64,000 nt of DNA, from NCBI RefSeq assembly GCF_964355755.1, contig NC_092678.1, forward strand, positions 17,155,881 through 17,219,880. Reading direction: 5' to 3'. This stretch comes from Antedon mediterranea (Eukaryota; Animalia; Echinodermata). A program made the position numbers and the translations under genes. Positions within the stretch are counted from its first letter, which is position 1, and each line of letters starts with the position of its first letter. Below the pieces are notes generated by a model. That model did no database searches, was not told the DNA's origin, and saw only the letters and a program-made list of their open reading frames with translations. Shown one piece after another: positions 39,158-52,600 of this stretch.

Positions 39158-40060
39158 TAGAGGGCCTCCCATATAAACGGTGATGGTGACGCCCATGATA
39201 CTTATAAAGGTATTTCAGTTCATGGAATGATTTTTGTAAATAAACAACAACAATTAATGTTTAGAGCTTTGTATGACTATCAAAGTAAAGATGGGAAGTC
39301 TATAAACTTTCAGGAAGGGCAACGGTTTTTGGTGGAAAGTTATGTCCGATAAGTCCGGTAAGGTAGGCGAATTATGTCACAAAAGATGATAGTCAGGTTC
39401 CTAATGTATAAAAATATGGGTTCCGTAGGATTTTAATGCCCAAAGTGAGATTTCACTTGATTTTACTTTATTATAGTGCTAGGATACCAAAAATGCTAGG
39501 GAAACAATTTTCACGATCCTGTAACCATGGTAACAGCCCAAGTTCAAAATGGCGACCAAATGGCCATATCTACATAACCCTTTGGTCTATTGGCAAGATA
39601 TTGGTATCAAAATACTCGGAATATATATATTTATTTTTGTTGTAATGGAACATTTTTACTAAATGCAACCGGAAATACTATTTGCTGTACTATTGACCCT
39701 TGAACTTGCCTCGTACTGTTTCTTAAAAACGGCTCGTCATAAAAATAAAAATGGTCTCAAAATTGCTCAGGCCTTACATATTTATATTTATTGTAATGCA
39801 ATATTTTGTTTAAAATGTCCGGAAGCAAAGTTATTGACCTTTGACATAGAGAATAGCTTACAAGGATTTTTATTCAGTAGTCTCTGATCATATCTCCATA
39901 ACACTTTGGTCTATTGACAAGATAATGATATCAAAATACTCGGAATAAATATATTTATATTTGTTGTAATAGAACATTTTTTTACTAAATGCTATTTTTC
40001 TGCAATATTGACCCTTGAACTTGACTCGCACTGTATCTAAAAAACGGCAAAAAAACATTT
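39158..40060. mobile_element. Single arm of another long-TIR (Academ-like) element
   Basis: Starts TAG and shares the TGACCTT / CAAAATGGCG / ACCGGAA vocabulary of the two Academ-like arms. Internal repeat at about 39570-39730 vs 39890-40050. No partner arm in the window. Confidence 0.4.
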
Positions 40061-40189
40061 CAAAACTCCCTTTTCTTGTTCGTTGCTCATGATCTTCCTT
40101 TTTATCTTATCATGTTTCCGTTCCATAAACAAATTAAACATCTTACCTTGAACTAATTTTAATTCAAATTAGCTTAAGTATCCGTATCC

Positions 40190-42448
40190 TTATCGCTCTT
40201 GGGCAGTACTCCAATCAAATTCGTTCCCATTTTTAAGAAGTAGTCTGAGCGGCTCGCTCATTTTGGACATGTTAGGGAGAAACTTTGCCAAATATGTCAT
40301 CATTCCTAGGAATGTTTTGAGCTGCGCTTTATCTACAGGCTTCGGCATGTCTTTCAAGGCTCTAATTTGTTCTGGATTTGGTTTTAAACCTTCGCTGGTG
40401 ATTAGATGCCCCACATATTCTACTTCGCTTCGGTTAATTTCTGACTTATCTCGATTTAATTTTAGGCCTGTCTGTCTCACACGGGCTAAGAACTCTTTGA
40501 GCCGTTCGAAATGTTGCTCGGTATCTTTTGCAGTAATTAAGAAATCATCGACTATTATATTAACAGGTACTCCTTCAAAACCTTCTATCATTGCCCGTTG
40601 CCATTCTTCCGCTATGGAGTTTATTCAGAATGGGGCTCTGTTAAATTTATACCGGCCCCAAGGAGTGTTGAAACACGTTAGTGGTGACGCCTTTTTTGTT
40701 AGTTTGAGCTGCCAATAGCCTGATGTGGCATCAAGTTTTGAGAAGATTTTAGCGTTTTGCATTGTAGCGGCAACCTCTTCCACGGTTTTCATTGGGTAAT
40801 GTTGTCTTAATATGGCTTTATTCAATTCTCTAGGATCTAAACATATTCGAACTTTACCGTTCTTCTTCGCAACAGATGTGATTTGGCTGACCCACTCTGT
40901 GGGCTCAGTAACACGCTCTATTACCCCGAGTTTGGACATTCTTTCTAACTCCTCTTTTACTTTATCTTTGATTCTGTGCGGTATTTGACGTGGTGGGAGT
41001 TGCTTGGGCTGTATATACTTGTCTACCTTAATGTCGAATTCACAGTTCTTAAGACAGCCCAACCCTTCAAACAAATCTTTGTTTGCCTCTAGTAGTGACT
41101 CGATTTTAGCATTATAATTTACTTGTTCTTTCTCAATGGATTCTATCCGCTTAATTATGCCTAGTTGTTCACATGAGTCTAAACTAAGTATGGCCGAACA
41201 AGGCCCCTTTATAATTTGGAATGTTAGCATCTGCTCAACATTTGCTTTTGATACTTTAGTTTTCAAAAGCATTTGAATTTGGCCCATTGGTTTGACTATT
41301 TTGCCACCAAATCCCTTTAACCTATCCTGTTTCTTTATCAATTTTCGCTGAAATTCAGCATCAATTAAAGACATTACATCAGATGAGATTACATTAGCTT
41401 CAGAGCCAGTATCTATTTTAAAGAATACTGGAAACCCATGTTGTACCAGGCATTCCTGGAACCAACCTTTTGCGGCCCTCTCTCGTTCTAATTCCGATAT
41501 TGTTATTTCTGTCATTTCAAACAGGTCGCAATTGTCGCCGTCTTCGTCGCTTTCCACTCTTAGTTCCTTCATCTGTTTCTCTATGCCCTTTGTTCTGCAC
41601 GCCCGGCTGAAATGTCCCTTGCGGTTGCATGAGTTGCATTGCGCATCAATTGCGGGACACCTGACACCATCCTTGTGGTTGTTATAACCACACCGTCCAC
41701 ATTTGTTATGGTTCCCTGTAGTGGTAAACCTCTGCGATCGATGTTTGTTGTGATTGTATATTGATTCAGCAGCTTGAAAATTCTTACCGTGTGAGTTTGT
41801 ATTTCGGAACGATTGTCCATGCTTTTGTGTTCTCTCATAATGCCTCTTGAATCTCGTTTCGTGGACCGTTTGCTCTTGGCTTTTCATGGACTGGGCTTCT
41901 TGAATGTCGTTCATTTGACGGGTTGTACACTCATGTGCTCGGATCATGATCAGGGCTTGGTCTACCGTCATGTTCTTGTCCTTTGCGATGAGTTTCCTTC
42001 TGGTGGTTTCATTGTGAACCCCGGCTATGATACAGTCTAGCAGCTGTTCCTCCTTGTTTGTATAATCGCAGTCTGCCAGTATGATTTTGGCTTTTGTGAT
42101 GAAACTGTCAATAGCTTCTCCTTCCTTCTGTTTTAACGGTCGGAGTTGAAATCGTGCTACCCGGAGGTTTAATTTTGTGGTGACATATGCTTCAAATTTC
42201 TCCCAATGCTTATCCAGAGTTTCGTCCCCATCTGCCAGGTTCCAAGAATCTTTAATGTCACGTCCCGTTTCGCCTACCCAAAGTAGGAGGTAGCGTAGTT
42301 TGGTTTTGTCTGGCTTGTCAGCCAGTGGGCCCTCGAAGATCAGCGTCACTGTGCGCTTGAATTTTCTTAGTGCCTCCGGCAAATTCTGTGCCTTCCAATC
42401 TATCGTAGGTATTGGAATTCCTGTTAATTCCGCCATATTTGTGGTCAC
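40190..42448 (-). pseudogene. Gypsy/Metaviridae (Mag-like) gag-pol: Gag with Zn knuckles, aspartic protease, RT; one in-frame stop; truncated before RNase H and integrase
   Basis: CGRCG...H...CPA and CNSCNRKGHFSRAC; FKIDTGSEANV; CLDPRELNKAI, FSKLDATSGYWQ, FNTPWGRY, IIVDDFLI. The TGA at 40625-40627 is in frame with ORF 40190-40591. Confidence 0.93.
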
Positions 42449-42471
42449 CAGTACTTACTTCACAGTTCCTG

Positions 42472-42485
42472 CACTTCTGACACCA
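42472..42485 (-). other. Primer-binding site complementary to the tRNA-Leu 3' end
   Basis: TGGTGTCAGAAGTG lies immediately after the LTR terminal CA and about 25 nt before the gag start. Confidence 0.85.
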
Positions 42486-42662
42486 TGCAATGTCCGATAT
42501 TATGTTTAATATTATGTGATTCATTAACAAAAATAAATACAATGGATACCTCGTTTTGCCGTGTGTACTGGAGTGCTTTATTCACCAACAAATACATGAA
42601 TCCAAATCGGATAGAAAGAGCTGTATCATTATTCTACATGATCATGAATACAATACATTACA
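42486..42662 (-). repeat. 5' LTR (177 bp) of the Gypsy element
   Basis: Minus strand TGTAATGT...ACATTGCA (TG...CA) with an internal AATAAA. Abuts the PBS on one side and HINE sequence on the other. Confidence 0.75.
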
Positions 42663-43208
42663 CTATGACGTAATTTTAAGTCGAAATTGTTTAAAAGTTG
42701 GTAAAATTATTAGAAAAGGCTTCAAAAACATAAATCACGCGGAAAAAAGTATTTATTTAACGCGCGTAAAAATTTGCGCGGGTATGGGAATGTTTGACAT
42801 GCTAAAAATGACAAAAAAACGCGTAGAAAGTTGATTAAAAATTAATTTTGCGCATTTAAAAATTTTAAATGCGCGCGCGCGTTACTTTGTGTAAAACACA
42901 CATTTTTGTTTCAACAGAAAGTTAGCGCCTGATATAAATTAAACTTTTGCAAAGTTTCAATTTAAAATGTTATTTGGTTTTGGCCTATGTTAAATACGAG
43001 AAAATAGTTAAATCGCGCGTAAATCACGTTGCGCAACTCTAACGTCATTCACAATAGGATGTCCACAATTTCACGTAAATGCCCACATGTTGACAGTTCA
43101 AAAAGTACAGAAAAGCAATAAAACACATAGTGATATCGGACTGACAGACAGACCGACAGACCGACAGACAAACCGACAGACCGACTGACATAGTGAGCTA
43201 TAGAGTCG
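42663..43208 (-). mobile_element. DINE-1/HINE-like element, target of the Gypsy insertion
   Basis: Plus (GACA/GACC)n microsatellite at 43140-43190 followed by CATAGTGAGCTATAGAGTCG, as in the other HINE ends. The interior is homologous to about 63600-63690. Confidence 0.65.
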
Positions 43209-43214
43209 AGTAGA

Positions 43215-45760
43215 AGAAAAACCGTTATTAATAACTCAACTAAAAATATCATTATAAGAAGTTTTATCCAATTTATAAATTTGTTTTTAAATCCAAATTG
43301 TTCTAGTGCATAGTAAACAAAGTCCCATCTTATTTTATCGAATGCTTTTTCAAAGTCTTTTTTTGGAATCAATGATATTACCCCACGCCTTTGTGAAATA
43401 GAAAGACTTCCTCTTTGAAAGGAGTATTTGAATGAATTTGTTAGGGTTTGGCTAATTTCAGTTGGTAGACCATCGGTTCCTGGCGTTTTATTGTTATCCA
43501 TTTCATTTAGGGCCTCAAAATAATCTTTTTGGGAGAATGGGAGTTCACATTTTCTTTTATCTTCGTCACCAATTTTTTTTATTTTTAATTTGTTTAAGAA
43601 AGGCGTGTTGAAAGTCGTTATTTTCTTCAGATTTGTACAGTGTTTGGAAAAAAACTTTTTCTTTTTCATTTAATATTAGTTTTGGATCGGTTATTTCACC
43701 GTTTTCAGCAATAAGTTTTGTAATGTTTTTTTTTTATTATAATTTCCACGTTCTAAATTTTGGAAGTATTTTGTTTTTTATTTCACCATCCTCCACATAT
43801 TTGGCTCTTGATCTAATCATAAAACCACTTGTTTTAAATTCATAAAGTTGTTCATTTTTTAAAATTTGAATTTGTTCGTTTACTGTTTGATTATTTTTAT
43901 TGCAAAATTGCTCTTCTAAAATGTGTATTTCATTTTGTAATTTTTTAATGTTATGTTTATTTTACATTTTATTTTGTTTACTAGCAAATTTGATTGTGTT
44001 TCTTCTTTTGTTACATGTTGTCATTTCCCAAATAGTGTTAGGGTTATTTTCTGCACATTCTATCTTGGTGATTTTTATTGTTTCTATAACATCCTTTACG
44101 TAGTTGGGATCCTGTAATAAACTAGTGTCCAGCTTCCAAGGCCTCTTTTGTGTATTAATCCATTTTATATTTTATTTCATTTTATTGAAAGTGTTATTAA
44201 TGAATGGTCAGTTTTAAAGCCTGATATAATTGCAGTGTCGTTTACGTGTGCCCATAGAGAATATGAGATAAGAAAATAGTCAATTCTACAAAATATTAGT
44301 GTGGAGTCATGATTTGAGTTCCATGTAAATAATTGTTTCTTTGGGTTCTCTACTCTCCAAATATCAATTAAATCTAATTTGTCTATAACTTGATTAATTT
44401 GTTCGGTGCATTTTGGATGCGTTTGTCCCTTGCCATGTTTTTTTTATCGACAGACGAATTCGAATGATAATAATGTTTTTTCCGAATTCCTCAATTTTGT
44501 CACATTAAAGTAAAAAAAGTTACTGTCATCATTATTGGGTCCGTAAATATTTGCAATGGTAAATAAATTTTCATTAATTGTTTGCAATGATTATTCTACC
44601 ATTGTCATCCCGATAAACATTATCAAATTTGTATGTAGCATTCAGTTTAAAAAGTACACATACTCCGGCAGAACTGAATAATATGTTGTTTCCCCATTCT
44701 TTTTGCCATGTTGATTCTAATTCGCTTGTGCAGTGTGTTTCTTGTAGAAAATAAATGGAAAAGGGATGATCATGTAACCAATTAAAAACCGTCCGACGCT
44801 TAAACGAATTCCTTAGGCACCGTAAATCCAAACTACATATTTCTACATTTGCCAGCCAGAAAAGTTAGCAGAGCTTTCGGGCAACACTAGCCCTTCATCA
44901 GTGCAAGTGATATATATATATACAATTCATACATTAAGGTAGTGATAAACATATCTAATAAAGTACAAAAACATGGTATGGCTCTTGAAAAATAGGTAGC
45001 TATGCCTACATGGCTCGTCCTATTACCACTAAACAACAGCTCATCATGAGTAAGCATTGTTCCATAATAAGAGAAAAATTAAAAATATATGCATAGCCTA
45101 CATATTTCCGGTACTTCACAAGTGAGCTTCATGTAATTATAATTAAGAAGGTCAATAATAACCTGTTTTGGTGTGGAATTTGAAATTAGATGCATCATTA
45201 ATAACATTTACTGGATAAAGGAAAGATATTTGATTTGATTATTATTATTAACCAAAATAACCACTGTGTATTCGGCAATGCCTATCTGCCTGCCCTGCAC
45301 GACGTTGAGTACCGGCATTATGTAGACAAGATTATTGTTATTCATGTACGCTATTTTATTGGTTCCTATTGGTTGATTGATAATTAGCAATACTAGAGGG
45401 TTTGCTCGGGCACCCTCTAGTGGGTGTACCCGAATGGTCCTCGAAAACATGGCCAAAGCCTCTGGCTTTCTCCAGTGTGTGACAGGGTGACATAAATTTG
45501 TACTCAAAAGTGTCACAATCCAAGAATGAATTAAAGTAAAGGCCTTCAATAATAGTTAAATTACTAAAACAAATTGTAGTTCACCTAAAGTAAATGCTTT
45601 TAATCAATATAATTGATCAGCTGAATATCTAAAACAAATTAATTGCTAGGCCTAGTTCACAATTCGTTGAACCACTAAAATATTTGTATTTATTATTGAA
45701 TGTCGCCACCAACGGCCATTTTGCCGGAAGTGACGGACCCGGAAACCAGTTGAACAACAG
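43215..45760 (-). mobile_element. Degenerate L1/Tx1-clade LINE (APE, N-terminal part of RT, probable ORF1 remnant)
   Basis: APE LRNSFKRRTVFNWL...FLQETH...WQKEWG...AGVCVLF...DDNGRII; RT KTPGTDGLP, SQRRGVISLIPKK, DFEKAFDKIRWDF, FGF...FINWIKLL. The boundary above about 44850 is uncertain. Confidence 0.8.
44868..44904 (-). ncRNA. Minimal type I hammerhead ribozyme motif (Penelope-like element relic)
   Basis: GCA-CTGATGA-A-GGGC(tagtgtt)GCCC-GAAA-GCTC-TGC: intact core, 4-bp stem II, palindromic AGCT stem III, UC cleavage site and GCA/TGC stem I. Confidence 0.7.
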
Positions 45761-45834
45761 CGCGAGTGTGTGAAAATAATCCTGTGATATTCACAAATTT
45801 CGATAAGTAACGCTAAATGTTGTCGTTGTAAAAA

Positions 45835-46438
45835 AAACAAGGCCATATAGATGGCTGGAGTCGCGTGCTCATTAGTGTTTACCGACCGACCAACCTACCA
45901 ACTGACCGAAATTACATGTTTAAAAATGTTGAAATGTAAAAACATTTATATTTTTTAAATTTACACGTGCGTAGCCTGTCACTTTTGACGTGCTCGTATA
46001 ACGTAATTTTGAGTTGAAAAGTAAGTCAAGAAAACAGAAATCGGGCAAATAGAGTGGGCAACAACATTTAACGCGCAGTGCGCGTGCAAAAATCTGCGCA
46101 CTCATGGCAATTTTGTAAACGCTTAAAATTGCCTGAAACGTACGCTTATTTCATCGAAAATAAATTTTGAAAATTTTAAGTGCGCGTACGCATGCGTTAC
46201 ATGCGCTACGCATGTAAATGTATTGCCATATGATGATTTATACACTGAAATTTATGAGTACCAAATTTGATTTAATTATGATTCATGGTTTTGAAGATAT
46301 GATTACAAACGTGATTTCATTAAATCGTGCGTATACCGCGTAATTTTTTATTGCGCACCGTGAAAACATAACCACATCGATTCCTGGCCATAAGGAATAA
46401 ACTGTGAAAAAATGACTTAGCTAGATTAAACTGATATG
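45835..46438 (-). mobile_element. DINE-1/HINE-like element, truncated copy of 225-955
   Basis: AAACAAGGCCATATAGATGGCTGGAGTCGCGTGCTC...GACTTAGCTAGATTAAACTGATAT is colinear with 225-838. Confidence 0.8.
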
Positions 46439-46540
46439 GCCAGGGGTGGACCTCAGATGATAGGTTATTTTGTCCTTTTTAGCTTTCGATTTTTCCATAC
46501 TCAGTAGAGAGTTTTACTTTCAGTGTACAAATTATGTAAA

Positions 46541-47713
46541 CTAGATGGTACGCTCACTTCGCTCGCGTACCATCTAGGTCGTGCCCACAGATGGTTCTCG
46601 AATACACAGTAATTTCAGCGTAACAATACTGGCGATTTCAAATGTACGTACCGCAGGACTATAGGCCTATACATTGTCGTTTACAGAAACAAATAAATAG
46701 ACACGATGATTTATGTAGTCAACTAAAATTAGCACCTTTGGAATTACTTCCGAAGGAGAAACTTATCACAAAATGAGTCCAAGTTTTTGATTTGGACTCA
46801 TTTAAAGAAACCCAATTTGTGTTTTGTATGTAACATTAGGGTTGAGGGATGGGAAAGCGGATAGGTACAAAGAGGAACAATTTTTAAATATATTCTTTAT
46901 CCACTCAGTAACGAAATATTTTTTTAATGTTTTATAGGCCTATAAATAATATACCTCTAAATACAGTAAAACATTTGCGATTTAATACTTTTTTTATTTT
47001 TTTTATTTATTTATTTCTTTTAAATATTCATTGTACACTAATTTTCCCCGTGTATGGCAAGAGATTCCTAATTATATTAGAGAACATTCTTTATTTAGTT
47101 TAGTTAAAACTGTCACTGTCATAATCGATTGAAATATTAAAGTACCATGTCACGATACACCACTACGACGTTTATATTTGGTAATTATTAATTAATACAA
47201 ACGTTGAGAAAGAACTGTCAGTATAAAGTTTATTTGTATATAATAATGTGTTTATATATCTAACAGTAGAGCCTATCCACAATCTCGCAAGTTTATTCTC
47301 AAAGGGCCCATATATTTACCTACCGTATGTGTTAAACCAAGGGCTCATAAATTTACCTACAGTACTTGTGTTAAACCGGTTTTCAGCTATTAACAACAAT
47401 TATCGTAGGAGGAGATAGGAAAATGCGAAGCCTCCTCGCATTTTTGTGGCGGGTATTTTTCAAGATGGACATCCTTTATACAGTGTATACCACGGTCGGA
47501 AAACACCCCTATTTGGGGCAAATCTTGGAACCTAAATTCGTTTTAACCGTCAATAACTTATTATCTAACTTAATTTAATTAGTAAACAGGGTTACATCAG
47601 GTGGTTAAAATCAGTACCAAAAGTACGAACCAACTTTATATACCATCGAGTAAAAATTATAGAAGTAAGGCGCGATTTACCGAATTTTGCCCTTACATAA
47701 ATTTATATATAGA
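46541..47713 (-). mobile_element. Non-autonomous Helitron, family B copy 3
   Basis: Plus strand A|CTAGATGGTACGCTCACTTCGCTCGCGTACCATCTAG...TTTATATATAGA|T. The central part differs from copies 1 and 2. Confidence 0.85.
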
Positions 47714-48053
47714 TACGGCACTGATTTAGTTGTTTTTGAATGGAGCGCTAAAACAATGTGATGATTTGTGTGTAAATTTTAGAAGCTACAAGTATACACG
47801 TCTTTACTGCATCGTAGCTTACCGCCCTCTCAACCACTATTAAAAAAACTATTTTTTAATAATATACAAAAAATGAAATTAATACCATCCCATTAATTAC
47901 CGGTATGTACGGAGAAAGCTCGAGCGGCAATCGAGGGTTACTTTTGCCAACAAGACGAAGGGCGAAACAAATAAAAACGCAGCGTGAAACATCTGAAATT
48001 ATATACAATTTGCTACAAAATGAAAAGACAGAATATATTATATATAACTATAA

Positions 48054-49877
48054 CAAGCAGTAACCCGTGCTCCGCACGGTCTTTAAACAGCTTTGAAAAA
48101 CAGCGCACTTTGATAAAGGTACTTTGACAAATTATTAAAATAAAAACAAATTGTATCAAGAATAAAATTCGGAACTACTGTATTTAAGGCCATTGGTTTG
48201 TAATACGCTATTCCTTCACTTCAATATATGTAGGCTGAAAATTTAAGCAATAGTACAGTGGATATGGAACTTTGACTTTACTTTTGACTGTAAAATAAAA
48301 AACGCTTATGAAAAATTGTGCTGTGTAAATTATTTTGGGTGTTTTTCGTGGTGTATTAATTATTTGATACGTAGAGAAAAAAAAAGTGGATAAAAATCGA
48401 ATGAAAAACACATTGCTGCCGAAACACGAATTAAGTTTATTTATTTATATTTTATTTTTATTTCACTGGTTTTGATATTTTGCAATTTTTTTGTAAGGGA
48501 GATTTGTTACGTACTTGCTACTTTTGTAATTAAAGTGTGGTCTACCAGAAACCAGTGCTCCGCACGGTTTGCCTGCCTTAATAATTATTCGCATGGCATG
48601 ATTATTAAGTATAATAAAAGCGTACTTTTCACGGCCACAATATTTCTTTTTGTACATAAGTTGGGGGACACCTCACAAAATAAACATGGATATTCATTAA
48701 TAATGTCCATAAGCTACGTCAGAAATGAGCTAACAATTCGCTAATACAAAGGTTTTCTGTCGAGCCGTCTGTATAGTCGAGTGGATTAGGCTATGGACTT
48801 TACATGTCGATGTAGGCCTATGGGGTTCTTTTTACTTTATAGTGAGAGAGTGATTATTTAGAGGGTTAGGTTTAGTTATATTTAGGAACTTAAGTAGTTC
48901 GGCTATCTTTCATATAAGGGGCCCCAACTTTTGTACGAAATAAAAATTTGCTTCCCGGCCCCTGACAAATTGTCAACAATTCAATTCGGAACTACTTAAG
49001 ATTTTTTGTATACACGGAGTATACTACTATCACTTTGAAATATCTGTAAGCTACAAAATGAAAGCAATACTGGATTTGGGATGCGCCTCAGAAAATGACA
49101 ACGTGCATGAGCGGGACAGACTTCTGTTAATCAGTCGGCAGAGATTAAAATTTTTTAATGACAAAATATGAATTGGTAAGTTATCGAATTAAGATGTGAA
49201 GTATTGGAATAATAACAGTGATTACGGACTCAACATAAAAAGTAGTCAAAATTAGATGATGCGCTCGGATATTTAGCGGATTGGATTCCTTTTATTTGTT
49301 TGTGTTTTTATTTACATTTTTGAAACAATGACACAAAACTATACACCCAACGCTATTTATTTGTTTTCTGGAAACACGGCACCTAGGCTATTTGGATTCG
49401 TTTTATTTGTGTGGTTTTTTTTTTGTTCATTTACATTTTTTTCATGGGTTTTTTTTTTCTATTTTGTTGTGTGCATTTGTTCGTATCTTTTTTGCTAGTT
49501 TTATAATTACATTGTGGTTTAGTTTTGATTTTTAGCTTTTAACGGTTATACCTAATTAGTACACATGTCGCGGATTGAACTCGAACCTACTAAGCATTGA
49601 TATCAATGGTCACGGCGTTTTCCTCACTGAGCCAAACCGTGATTTACAAAATACATTCTGTTCCAAGGATAATTCATTAAAATTTCAACGGCGCGATCAT
49701 TCGATATCGGTTGACTAAAGACTGTTTATTTAACGGCCCGGAATGGTATTTGTAGATCCGGCCATGGCGGCCCCTTAATAAACATCAGTGTGTGCCAAAT
49801 GTGATTACGTAGCTTTCAGTGGTTTTGGAGGAGATTACAAAAAAATGTAGTAGCATTATTAATAAATAAGATATAGA
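48054..49877 (-). mobile_element. Non-autonomous Helitron, family C
   Basis: Minus strand A|TCTATATCTTATT start; 3' CCGTGCGGAGCACGG hairpin about 7 nt before CTTG|T. A second hairpin copy is at about 48552-48568 and a tRNA-like stretch at about 49570-49640. Confidence 0.6.
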
Positions 49878-50559
49878 TATTTCCAAAGGCTCGGACAGGT
49901 AAGAAGGGCCTTAAAAAAACTGAATTGCTATATGTTAGACCACATTTCCATAACTTTTCAAAATTCATCGAACCCTCTGCTAGTAGACCTAATTAATAGG
50001 AGCGGAGCCAAATCATTAGAAAAAAAAAACGTCCTAGTATTCTTGCAATGTCGTCACAGCTCCAGTTACAAACGGTGATACAAAGTGTCAATCATTTGAC
50101 CAGTGAACAGCCCACTGGTATTTTAGTCTTTGAATCCGTCCGTAAAACACATTAATCACTCACATCAGTCATTTCGCTAATGGTTGCGTCTAATCATGCA
50201 TTCTATTCTATTCAGTTACAATTAGAAAGTTGATCCATTGACCTATATTATTCAATATCTCTGCCATATTCTGTAACCGGCTGTCTGTCCCGTCGTACAT
50301 CTCACCGCACGCAGTTTAGTATGTCTTCCCGAAAAGGGCATCAATATTATGTGTAGGCCTATTGGTCATTTGACAATAATTAAATACGAAATATTATAAT
50401 ATAATATAATATTATTTACATTTGACCACAGAGCCTCGATAGCCTATATCACCAAACAATATTATAGGACTAAAAGTACAACAAAAAAACGTTAACGATT
50501 TTATTTTCACAGCAATGATTTATTTCAATGAAATATTAATAAATGTTCACACAAAGTAA

Positions 50560-50897
50560 AGCTTGTGGTTCCCACAAGAGACGAAATGCAAGGAGGATAG
50601 GCCTATAGGTAGAAGCAAAGCAAGTGAGTTGACCAATCACACAAGCGACAGTAGAGTTCAAATAACCCATCGCTTGTAGGCTAATATTGATTACATTGTT
50701 AACTTTTAATACTGATTTTATGTAAATGCAATACTTTCAGCTTCTGCTGCTTTTTGTATATGTGTTTTTTATACCGAAAAAAAATAAAAGTACATAGGCT
50801 GGATGCAAGTGAGTTGACCAATCACAAAATACATCACTTGTGATTGGTCACTAACGTTGCGCTCTGTGCATTGCGTCTCTGTAGTGGAACCAAGCAT
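50560..50897. mobile_element. Degraded copies of the ~150-bp palindromic MITE family
   Basis: GCAAGTGAGTTGACCAATCAC...CTTGTGATTGGTCA...GGAACCAAGC, as at 32092-32398. Confidence 0.5.
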
Positions 50898-52269
50898 AAT
50901 GTACCAAGCATGCAGCAGTAATACTTTTTTTCACAGGATCTTCAATAAACTATACATTGATACGGTTATAACAATTAATCACAACATGATAAAGCAAACA
51001 AAGTTATAGATCGGGGTTGATGAAATATGTCATTATACCGGTAAGTGTTTAATTTGTCCATTATAATGTTGTTGTTGTGGACAGTAAAACACCAATATTT
51101 ATTTACTTTTATTCAAAAACTTTCCAACAGGAACAATGTTCCCACTTACAGGTGATGTTATATACAAAATAAAATATATATGTATATACTCAAAAGCACA
51201 TTACTCCCATGACGGTATAATTATAATGGACAGGTTCACCAACCCTATGGAAATTACATTATTACATTAAATCAAAAACTCTTGTATGGTATAGTGTTAA
51301 CAATAAAATTCACAACAATTACATTAATATTTTTTAAAAGGCCAAATAAAATAAGTATTTAAGTTTTTTTAGTTTTTTTTTTCTAAGGAAAAATTAGATA
51401 AGAATAAAGGCGGCTTCTCTCATATAGTGGACCGACATGGCGTAAACGGCAAGTAAGTAGCCTACCGTAATGTTTGTCTATTCGTCAGTATTGGTCATAT
51501 TATCCGATATATTTTGGTACCAAAAACGTTAAACGAACGATAGAGGTCATTGGTCAATTATCACTAAATTACTGAATTTCCACTATAATAATATATATCT
51601 CGTCAGTCAAACAAATCTTGAAGCAGATTCATGTTTATGTTCATGTTAACACATTCGTTATATGCATACAGTATTATCAACTAAGGTATTCACAATAATC
51701 CTTATTTAGCGATATATCATTATAGATGATAAGCACATATTCAGCGGCGCTTCACATACTGTAATAATATTATTTGAAATAAAAAGGTTTTAATTGATTT
51801 TTAAATTTTTAATTTATATAGATTATAGTAATCCACATTGTTAATGTTACTTGGCAAATTGCAATGGAAAATCAACGGAAAACGAGCGGTCAGCAAATAT
51901 TTTCGCATAACATCCGTTGCACTGCCAAACCGACCCTCTAGAAAAAGAAGCCTAAACTATCTTTAAAAGAAGTCAGATAATCCCAGGGGGCTTTATATCG
52001 ATTGTGGGCTTCTTTTCGAGATTACCTTTTCAAAATAAAGAGTGGTTTCTTTTTAATTTGTTATTTTGGGAGGTTGGCTACTTACGAGGTCGGCTAGCCT
52101 ATATAGCTCTTGAAATTCGTTTTTCTTTAAAAAAGGAATTTCATCAGTGGGGATCGAGATAAAAAACAATTATAGTATTTGTTTTATATGGCCTATGAAA
52201 TGTTCATAATAATAATAATAACTTTATCTTCATTTTAATGAAAAGCGATCATTAATTATAATAATATAG

Positions 52270-52600
52270 TATACTTTATCTATCAAATCTTACTTATAAC
52301 TAATACAATATAACAACACTAATACAATTCACCAAACTACATCCATGTATAGGTATAATGAAATAAGCCAACATCAATTGAAATATAACACATCGTATCT
52401 GCCAAATCTTACATAAAACTAATACAATCCACCAAACTACATCGATAAATGTATAGATTATAAAATTAATGAAATAAGCCAACATCAATTGGAATAAATA
52501 CTACATTTTATCTACTAAATCTTACAAAACAAATACAATCCACCAAACTACATCGATACATGTAAAAATGTTATTTTAATGAAAAAGCCAACATCAATTG
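52270..52600. repeat. Minisatellite (~109-bp unit), left block
   Basis: About 3 units of CAAATCTTACATAAAACTAATACAATCCACCAAACTACATCGAT...AAGCCAACATCAATTG. Confidence 0.85.

Noticed and set aside
40263-42834. Plus-strand and alternative-frame ORFs overlapping the Gypsy
   Set aside because: Antisense or shifted-frame shadows of the gag-pol and LTR with no recognisable motifs.
46440-50000. An outer TIR element enclosing Helitrons B3 and C
   Set aside because: Only a weak CAG...CTG terminal match and no TSD; not supportable.
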